A stretch of DNA of 48,622 bases from Candidatus Staskawiczbacteria bacterium RIFCSPHIGHO2_02_FULL_43_16 (lineage in GTDB: Bacteria; Patescibacteriota; Minisyncoccia; Minisyncoccales; Staskawiczbacteraceae), in NCBI GenBank assembly GCA_001821935.1, contig MHOU01000010.1, positions 45,157 through 93,778 on the forward strand, given 5' to 3'. Both the position numbers and the translations under genes were made by a program. Of the stretch, positions 8,983-15,589 are shown piece after piece; the first letter of the stretch is position 1; the number at the start of each line of letters is the position of its first letter. Under the pieces are notes generated by a model. The model made no database searches. It was not told the DNA's origin and worked only from the letters and a program-made list of their open reading frames with translations.

Positions 8983-9110
8983 AGGGGGTCGGGGAAACAC
9001 TCGGTTTCCCCGTGTAGGAAATTATTCAAAACCGAGGGTTTTGAAAGAGCGAGCCGGTAGCCCCGCAAAGCGGAGGCGCCCGCCGTAAGGCGGGAAGAGG
9101 CGAGCGACTA
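8983..9110 (+). ncRNA. Candidate structured RNA element, GC-rich with several GNRA/GAAA-capped hairpins
   Basis: CGGGGAAA-cactcgg-TTTCCCCG; CCCCGC-AAA-GCGGAGG; CCCGCC-GTAA-GGCGGG. GC content is far above the flanks. It shares its 5' GGGGGTCGGGGAAA with the element at 35469. Confidence 0.25.
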
Positions 9111-9129
9111 ACTCTCTATTACCTGTATT

Positions 9130-9534
9130 ATGCCAGATTTTGATAAAAAAAGAAATAAAAATCTGTATCGGCATTTTTTGATTAAGTTGGGCGCGGTGAT
9201 CATTGCCGTATTGGTTTTACTGGTTGTTGTGGCAGACGTGAAGGTGTACCAGCGCAGGCGGGAATTGAGTATGCAGGTGGAAAGCTTGCAAAAAAAAATA
9301 GAAGAATTAAAAAATAAAAATGGCGGCTTGAAAGAAGGGCTGGCAAAAGCTGATGACGACGCTTACATAGAAAAAATAGCGCGGGAAGAACTGGATTTGC
9401 AAAAGCCCGGGGAAAAAGTGATTTCGTTTGTGGTGGGGGATCAGCTGGTGCAAGATGACGCCATGCAAAAAAACGGTTTTACAACATGGATGGCCAGCAC
9501 GTGGAATTCGTTTGTGGATTTGTTTAAAAAATAA
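9130..9534 (+). CDS. ftsB: Septum formation initiator family protein (FtsB/DivIC-like)
   Basis: Single N-terminal TM segment, then a coiled coil, then the IAREELDLQKPGEKVI motif. Confidence 0.6.
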   Translation: MPDFDKKRNKNLYRHFLIKLGAVIIAVLVLLVVVADVKVYQRRRELSMQVESLQKKIEELKNKNGGLKEGLAKADDDAYIEKIAREELDLQKPGEKVISFVVGDQLVQDDAMQKNGFTTWMASTWNSFVDLFKK

Positions 9535-9557
9535 AGTTCATTTACAAGGGGTAAGCC

Positions 9558-10064
9558 ATGCAAGAAGAAAAAACACTTACGGAAGCTACATTGTGTTATT
9601 TGGTGACTGATTCCCATATTTCCCTTGGCATCAAAAAGAAAAAAATCGGTAAGGGTAAATACAATGGTTACGGCGGTGGCTTTGAGAGAAACGAAGATGC
9701 CCAGCAGTGCGTGGTCCGTGAGTGTGACGAAGAAGTTGGGGTTCAAGTGTTTCCCAGCTCGCTCCAAAAAGTGGCTTTGGTATATTTCAACAATACCAAA
9801 AGCGATGGCAATACGTTTACCTGCAAGGTGCATGTGTACTTCGCTACCCGATGGCAGGGAACACCCAGGGAAACGGAAGAAATTGCTAACCCGCATTGGT
9901 TTCCTAGGGCAGGGTTGCCGTTTGCGCGCATGATGCCGGCGGACCGGTTCTGGCTGCCACCCGTCCTGGAAGGCAAGAAAGTGATAGCCCGGGCATGCTA
10001 TGGGCCATTCCAAAGAGAGTTACTGAAACTGGTGGAAGTAGAAATGGTTGATGAACTTGCGTGA
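9558..10064 (+). CDS. Nudix hydrolase, MTH1/NUDT1-like (8-oxo-dGTPase type)
   Basis: Nudix box GGGFERNEDAQQCVVRECDEEVG. C-terminal MMPADRFWLPPVLEGKK resembles MTH1 MWPDDSYWFPLLLQKKK (from memory). Confidence 0.7.
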   Translation: MQEEKTLTEATLCYLVTDSHISLGIKKKKIGKGKYNGYGGGFERNEDAQQCVVRECDEEVGVQVFPSSLQKVALVYFNNTKSDGNTFTCKVHVYFATRWQGTPRETEEIANPHWFPRAGLPFARMMPADRFWLPPVLEGKKVIARACYGPFQRELLKLVEVEMVDELA

Positions 10065-10138
10065 GGCTTCTCGTTACCGGGAAGCCTTTTTTATGTGTTG
10101 ATTTTTGTATTTTTGAGTGATAAACTTGGCATAATAAC

Positions 10139-10212
10139 GCCGCTTTAGTTAAGTGGTAGAACAACGCTTTCGTAAAGCGTAGACACAAGTTCGATTCTTG
10201 TAAGCGGCTCCA
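10139..10212 (+). tRNA. tRNA-Thr (anticodon CGU), 3' CCA encoded
   Basis: Acceptor stem GCCGCTT/AAGCGGC, anticodon loop TTCGTAA, T-arm GTTCGATTC. Confidence 0.85.
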
Positions 10213-10217
10213 AAGAT

Positions 10218-11402
10218 ATGTTCAGCGCAAAAGAAAAAATCCAAAGATTATTGGATAAAGCGGGTGTCACCATTAACGGCCCCCATGATTTTGACATCCA
10301 GGTGCATAACGAAAAACTCTATGGGCGGGTGTTGCTAGGCGGATCGCTGGCGCTGGGCGAATCTTACATAGACGGCTGGTGGGATGCCAAAAACCTTGAC
10401 CAGTTCTTCCATAATATTTTATCGGCCGGGCTTTCCGAGGAATTCAAATTAACCTGGCCTACGTTACTTACGTTTTTAAAAACCTATCTTTTTAATCTGG
10501 AAACCCCTTCGCGCTCTTTTGAAGTGGGTCAAAAACACTATGACATTGGCAATGATGTGTATGAAGCCATGCTGGACAAGCGCTTGGTGTACACCTGCGG
10601 TTACTGGGCCCCTTCGACAGATTCGACAGGCTCACTGCAAGCAAGCTCAGGGCAGGCAGAGAGAAATTTAGATGAAGCCCAAGAAGCAAAACTGGATTTG
10701 GTGTGCCGGAAAATCGGCCTGAAAAAAAGTGACAGGGTTTTGGACATTGGCTGTGGTTGGGGGAGTTTTTTGAAATTCGCCTCAGAAACATATGGCGCCA
10801 AGGGCACCGGAGTGACCGTTTCAAAAAACCAAGTGGCACTGGCCAAAGAAGTTTGCCAGGGCCTGCCCATAGAAATTTTGCTGCAAGACTACCGTGATGT
10901 AAAAGGCAGCTTTGACCACATTGTTTCCCTTGGTATGTTTGAGCACGTTGGGGTGAAAAATTACCGCACCTACATGCAAAAAGCCCATGACTTGTTAAAA
11001 GATGGCGGGTTGTTTTTGTTGCACACCATTGGCGTAAGCCAACCCCTGGAATTTGTGGACCCGTGGGTTGAAAAATATATTTTTCCCAACAGTATTTTGC
11101 CCGCCCCGGTAGAGGTGTCAAAAGCTATGGAAGGGCTTTTTACCATTGAAGACTGGCACAATTTCGGCGCAGATTACGATAAAACTTTGATGGCTTGGTT
11201 TGAGAATTTTGATGCTGCCTGGCCGCAACTTAGCGCTAAATATTCTGACCCTTCAATTCCACTCAGGGCAAGCAAATTTTATCGCATGTGGAAATATTAT
11301 CTGCTCAGTTTTGCCGGCTCTTTCCGCGCCCGCAATCTTCAGCTTTGGCAGATTGTGTTGAGTAAAAGGGGAGTGCCCGGCGGGTATAAATCGGTACGCT
11401 GA
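10218..11402 (+). CDS. cfa: Cyclopropane-fatty-acyl-phospholipid synthase
   Basis: VLDIGCGWG SAM-binding motif and CFA-synthase-wide similarity. It carries a ~16-aa in-frame insert (PSTDSTGSLQASSGQAE) made of the CCTTCGACAGGCTCAGGGCAGGC repeat. Confidence 0.85.
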   Translation: MFSAKEKIQRLLDKAGVTINGPHDFDIQVHNEKLYGRVLLGGSLALGESYIDGWWDAKNLDQFFHNILSAGLSEEFKLTWPTLLTFLKTYLFNLETPSRSFEVGQKHYDIGNDVYEAMLDKRLVYTCGYWAPSTDSTGSLQASSGQAERNLDEAQEAKLDLVCRKIGLKKSDRVLDIGCGWGSFLKFASETYGAKGTGVTVSKNQVALAKEVCQGLPIEILLQDYRDVKGSFDHIVSLGMFEHVGVKNYRTYMQKAHDLLKDGGLFLLHTIGVSQPLEFVDPWVEKYIFPNSILPAPVEVSKAMEGLFTIEDWHNFGADYDKTLMAWFENFDAAWPQLSAKYSDPSIPLRASKFYRMWKYYLLSFAGSFRARNLQLWQIVLSKRGVPGGYKSVR

Positions 11403-11483
11403 ATTACTTTACAAAAGTTCAAAGTATGATAATATGCGTTTAGCACACTAAACCATCAAGTAACTCTTTTCTTGGGTGTAGCC

Positions 11484-11882
11484 ATGACAAAAGGACAAGT
11501 ATTCGAAAGAGTAAAAGCGAACTTGCTAGAAGCTCTTCAGTGTACATGTGAAGAGGACGAGATTGTTCCTAAGGCGACCCTGCAAGGAGACTTGGGCGCC
11601 GAGTCTATCGACTTTCTGGACATTATTTTTCGTCTGGAGCGTGAGTTTGGCTTCAAAATCCCTCGCAACGAATTGTTTCCCGAATCCATTTTACAGGGAG
11701 ACCCGGATTTCGTAAGCCGGGGGAAAGTCACTGCAAAGGGATTAGGGGATCTTCGCCAGAGAATGCCTTTTGCCGACTTGTCCGAGTTTGAGAAAAACCC
11801 GGAACTGGCCAAGATTAGCAGTCTCTTTACGGTACAGATGATGGTGGACTACATTTGCCACAAGCTCGGCATTAAACAGTAG
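11484..11882 (+). CDS. Acyl-carrier-protein-like phosphopantetheine-binding protein with a ~35-aa insertion
   Basis: GDLGAESIDFLDIIFRLEREFG is equivalent to the ACP DLGADSLD...EEEFG motif. The ATG at 11484 is preferred over the TTG at 11472. Confidence 0.5.
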   Translation: MTKGQVFERVKANLLEALQCTCEEDEIVPKATLQGDLGAESIDFLDIIFRLEREFGFKIPRNELFPESILQGDPDFVSRGKVTAKGLGDLRQRMPFADLSEFEKNPELAKISSLFTVQMMVDYICHKLGIKQ

Positions 11883-11921
11883 GATACTTGAATCACACAC
11901 CCACCCAGAAAGGACACAATC

Positions 11922-12287
11922 ATGAGATTTCTTATGTTGCTGGTGCCTCGTGATGCCATGGGGAATCCCAATGGCGAGCCGATAGGTGTCGCCACCATTG
12001 GTGGCTCATCATTCAGCCGTGTTTTGGAAAAGTGCGGCGCTACGCAAAACGGCGAAAAATTATTTTTCCGTGGGAGAATGGTTGATTTTCGGAAGGAGGA
12101 TCCTGAAATTCGCCAACTGATTGATGGCTGGCAAGTGCCAAAGGCCAAGAGTGTTGACCACATTCTTCGGCTGATTGAAGCAATTGAAACAGATGACCCT
12201 GGTCCCGAAGGAATATGCATGCACCGGGACTTGCCGAGAAATCGGCTGACCCAGTACTTCCAGGGATTGGAGCAAGAACGGGGATAG
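11922..12287 (+). CDS. Hypothetical protein (121 aa)
   Basis: AGGA SD 8 nt upstream of the ATG. No domain recognised. Confidence 0.4.
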   Translation: MRFLMLLVPRDAMGNPNGEPIGVATIGGSSFSRVLEKCGATQNGEKLFFRGRMVDFRKEDPEIRQLIDGWQVPKAKSVDHILRLIEAIETDDPGPEGICMHRDLPRNRLTQYFQGLEQERG

Positions 12288-12390
12288 TATTCCCCGATCA
12301 ATCCTTGTCTTCCGCCAGTCTTACGATTGGCGGTTTTTATTTTATGAAAAATATGGTAAAATTCATTTATAAAATTAAATCCACCAACTT

Positions 12391-13507
12391 ATGGCAGGAC
12401 AGCAAGAACATATAGACAAGCTGGGTGAACAGGTCCAATATTTGGTGGACCGGCTTTGATGTTGATGTAAAAGAGAAAGAATTAAAGGCATTAGAACTGC
12501 AAACGCAGGCGGTAGATTTTTGGAATGATCACCAGGTAGCTGCCACGATAAGCCAGAAAATTGCAGAGTTAAAGGAGGAATTGGAGGTGGCCGAATCTTT
12601 GAAGAAAGAATTTGCGGATTTAAAAGAATTGAATGAACTGGGGCAGGTTGATGAAGCTGCGGTTGAAAAGTTACAGGTAAAAGTGGCCAGGGAAGAAAGC
12701 AAGGCATTTTTATCGGGGAAGTATGATAAAAATAACGCCATTTTAGAAATTTTCAGCGGAGCCGGCGGGGTGGACGCGCAAGATTGGGCCACCATGTTGC
12801 TTAGGATGTACCAGCGTTATTGTGTGATTAAAGGCTGGAAGGCGGAAATTCTGCACCAAAGTTTTGGTGAAGGTGGCGGGCCGGACGGGCGCATTGGCAC
12901 CAAAAATGTGACGCTGGCAATTCAAGGCAAGTTTGCCTATGGCATGCTAAAAAAAGAAGCGGGAGTACACCGCCTGGTGCGCCAATCACCGTTTTCTTCC
13001 CAGAAACTGCGCCATACTTCGTTTGCCTTGGTGGAAGTGATGCCGGAAATTGCTCAAAGTGCGGAACTTGAAATAAAACCGGAAGACTTGCGGGTGGACA
13101 CGTTTCGGGCTTCAGGGCCTGGCGGGCAGTATGTCAATAAAACCGAATCGGCCATTCGCTTGACCCATATTCCCACGGGCATTGCCGTGGCTTCCCAGAG
13201 CGAACGTTCCCAGGGCCGTAACCGCGAAAACGCCATGAAAATTTTATATGCCAAACTGCACGCGGCCCAGCAGCAAGAGCATAAAAAAGAACTAAAAGAA
13301 ATTAAGGCCGCCCAGAATACTGGGCGAGCCTCGCCAGCGGGCGGGGAGAATAGTGCTTCATGGGGAAACCAGATCCGCAGCTACGTGTTACATCCGTACA
13401 AAATGGTAAAAGATTTGCGCACCCAGTATGAAACCAGCCAAGCCGAAGATGTGCTGGAAGGAAACTTAGAAGAATTCATCCAAGCAGAAGTAAAATACCA
13501 TGATTAG
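12391..13507 (+). CDS. prfB: Peptide chain release factor 2 with programmed +1 frameshift: join(12391..12456,12458..13507)
   Basis: ORF0 is MAGQQEHIDKLGEQVQYLVDRL, ending at CTT TGA T. The +1 frame continues DVDVKEKELK... through SPF and GGQ (SGPGGQYVNKTESAIRLTHIPTG). A GGTGGA SD-like sequence lies upstream of the shift site. Confidence 0.85.
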
Positions 13508-14180
13508 ATTTGAAAAGGTTACCAAAATTTACTTGCCCGAATCCGCCGTTTTGCAAGATGTTTCTTTTGAAGTAAAAAAGGGCGAGTTTGTTTCCATTGT
13601 GGGAAAATCGGGGGCGGGCAAATCCACCTTGATTAAAATGATTTTGGGGTTGGAAGAGCCCACCTACGGCGATGTCTTTTTTAACGGGGAAAACATTCAT
13701 AAAGTCAGCCACAATGAATTGCAGAATATCCGGCGTAAAATCGGCGCGGTTTATCAGGATTACAAGTTGCTGCCCGCCAAAACCGTGTATGAGAACGTAG
13801 CCTATATCATGGAAATTGAAGGCAGGGTAAACGAAGATATTGCTTTGCAGGTTCCCAGGGTACTGGCGGCCATCGGGCTGAAAGAGAAAATGGATAACTT
13901 TCCCGAAGAACTTTCCGGCGGCGAACAGCAGCGCCTGGCCATTGCCCGGGCGTTAGCGGGGCAGCCGGAGGTGATTATTGCGGATGAGCCGACCGGGAAT
14001 TTGGATCCGTATAATTCCCATGAAGTGCTGGCGCTGTTGGAAAAAATAAACCGGTCGGGGAAAACCGTTATCTTGGCCACGCACGATAGGGAAATTGTCA
14101 ACAAATTAGCGCGAAGGGTGATTACCATAGAAGACGGGAGGGTGGTGAGGGACGAAGAAAAAGGAAGATTCATTATTTAG
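13500..14180 (+). CDS. ftsE: Cell division ATP-binding protein FtsE
   Basis: Walker A GKSGAGKST, ABC signature LSGGEQQRLAIARAL, 226 aa, adjacent to ftsX. Confidence 0.9.
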   Translation: MIRFEKVTKIYLPESAVLQDVSFEVKKGEFVSIVGKSGAGKSTLIKMILGLEEPTYGDVFFNGENIHKVSHNELQNIRRKIGAVYQDYKLLPAKTVYENVAYIMEIEGRVNEDIALQVPRVLAAIGLKEKMDNFPEELSGGEQQRLAIARALAGQPEVIIADEPTGNLDPYNSHEVLALLEKINRSGKTVILATHDREIVNKLARRVITIEDGRVVRDEEKGRFII

Positions 14181-14262
14181 GGTCTAGGGGATAGGGTCTA
14201 GGGTCTAGTAAAAACGTAACACGGCGTTACGGCTAAACCCTAACCCCTAGACCCTAAGCCCT
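14178..14262. repeat. Heptamer-array palindrome: (TAGGGTC)-like x4 ... (CTAAACC/CTAACCC/CTAGACC/CTAAGCC)
   Basis: The two arms are roughly reverse-complementary around a loop (aaaaacgtaacacggcgttacgg). Read directly from sequence. Likely a terminator for ftsE or a REP-like element. Confidence 0.6.
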
Positions 14263-14269
14263 CAAAAAA

Positions 14270-15181
14270 ATGGCACATTTTTCAAGGGTATTGGGTTTCG
14301 CTTTTGCGCATTTTTACCGTAACAAAGGCACTTCCGTGGCCGCGATTTTTATTTTAACCATCACCACCCTGCTTATCACCGGGCTGTTTTTTGTGCGCGG
14401 CGCCAGTAATTACGTTATCGCTCAGGTGCAAAACAAAATTGACATTACCGCCTATTTTAAAGCGGACGCGGCCGAAGATGATATTTTGCAGGTGCGCCAG
14501 GAATTGCTGCAAGATGGCGAAGTTGTCAGGGCGGTTGAATATGTTTCCCAAGACCAGGCTTTGGCCGATTTTAACGCAAAGCACCAAGATGATCCCACCT
14601 TTGAACGCGCACTTCAGGAAGTGGGGCAGAATCCCTTTTTGCCTTCACTGAATATTATTACCAATGGGGCGGCGGCTGAATATGAGAATGTTGCCAATGT
14701 GCTGACCCAGGATAAATATGCCGTGCTAATAGAAGAGGTTGATTTTTCTGAAAAAAGGGATACTATTGAAAAGGTCTTTGCCATCACGGGTAGCATCACG
14801 CGGTTTGGGCTGGTGGCCGGGGTATTGCTTTTGCTGATTGCCATTTTAGTGGTTTTTAACACCATCAAACTGATTGTGGAAACTTCCGGGCAGGAAATCA
14901 GCACCATGCGTATTGTGGGGGCTTCAAACTGGTTTATTCGCGCGCCATTTGTTATTCAAGGGGTTATTTTTGGGGCCATTTCGTTTGCCATTTGTTTTGT
15001 GGCAACCGCTTTGATAGCTTATCTTTTAGCTTCGGGGATTTCTGTTATCATGCCTGGATTTAATTTGTTCACATTTTTCCTTTCTAATATTTTGATTATC
15101 ATGGTCATTCAACTGGCCGCCGGCGCGGGCCTGGCAAGTTTGTTAAGTTTTATGGTGGTGAGGAAGTATTTAAAAGTATAA
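14270..15181 (+). CDS. ftsX: Cell division permease-like protein FtsX
   Basis: N-terminal TM helix, extracytoplasmic domain, three C-terminal TM helices, and position after ftsE. Confidence 0.85.
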   Translation: MAHFSRVLGFAFAHFYRNKGTSVAAIFILTITTLLITGLFFVRGASNYVIAQVQNKIDITAYFKADAAEDDILQVRQELLQDGEVVRAVEYVSQDQALADFNAKHQDDPTFERALQEVGQNPFLPSLNIITNGAAAEYENVANVLTQDKYAVLIEEVDFSEKRDTIEKVFAITGSITRFGLVAGVLLLLIAILVVFNTIKLIVETSGQEISTMRIVGASNWFIRAPFVIQGVIFGAISFAICFVATALIAYLLASGISVIMPGFNLFTFFLSNILIIMVIQLAAGAGLASLLSFMVVRKYLKV

Positions 15182-15278
15182 ACCCTAAATACTAAATCCT
15201 AAACTCTAAATAAATTCAAAATCACAAAATTTAAAATCTAAAACACGTTTAGGATTTAGAGTTTAGTGTTTATGGTTT
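15181..15278. repeat. Heptamer-array palindrome: CCTAAAT/ACTAAAT/CCTAAAC/TCTAAAT ... TTTAGGA/TTTAGAG/TTTAGTG/TTTATGG
   Basis: Same family as 46604..46712 (shared CTAAACTCTAAATAAAT and TTTAGGATTTAGAGTTTAGTGTTTA). Arms are mirror heptamer arrays. Confidence 0.6.
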
Positions 15279-15283
15279 AACAT

Positions 15284-15354
15284 TGCGGGATCGTCTAATG
15301 GTAGGACAACAGATTCTGGATCTGTTTATCTAGGTTCGAATCCTAGTCCCGCAG
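15284..15354 (+). tRNA. tRNA-Gln (anticodon CUG) with U1:A72
   Basis: Acceptor stem TGCGGGA/TCCCGCA, D-loop AATGGTA, anticodon loop TTCTGGA, T-arm CTAGG-TTCGAAT-CCTAG. No encoded CCA. Confidence 0.85.
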
Positions 15355-15487
15355 CAGTCTTATGCTAAGTCAGGTGACTAGGACGCATAGAGAACTTTTC
15401 CTTTGATGGCATACCGGTTGAGTTACCGCATTCAGAACAAAAATTCGCCCCAAAGGCGCTTTTTTGTTGCGTGATAAAAATTAAACA

Positions 15488-15515
15488 TTGACATTCTCTA
15501 AAAATCAGTTAGTAT
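15488..15515 (+). promoter_or_regulatory. Sigma70-type promoter TTGACA-N16-TAGTAT upstream of the vault-protein gene
   Basis: Consensus -35 and near-consensus -10, about 75 nt upstream of the ATG. AGGAGA SD 8 nt before the ATG at 15590. Confidence 0.5.
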
Positions 15516-15589
15516 TTCTGGTATGCCATACATAATGTGTGTAGGCAGTCCTTTGACCTATCCCAACTCTTTTACAGGAGAATTAGTTT

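Noticed and set aside
8983-9110. SRP (4.5S) RNA identity for the GC-rich hairpin cluster
   Set aside because: A GNRA-capped helix with GGAAG.AGC resembles SRP domain IV superficially, but the conserved AGGUCAGG/AGCAGCCA loops are absent.
9441-10013. 190-aa minus-strand ORF opposite the Nudix gene
   Set aside because: The + strand frame has a textbook Nudix box. The minus frame has no motif or SD and arises from elevated GC.
12529-13254. Antisense ORFs within prfB (12529..12795 -, 13054..13254 -)
   Set aside because: They are nested in a highly conserved gene, with no start context.
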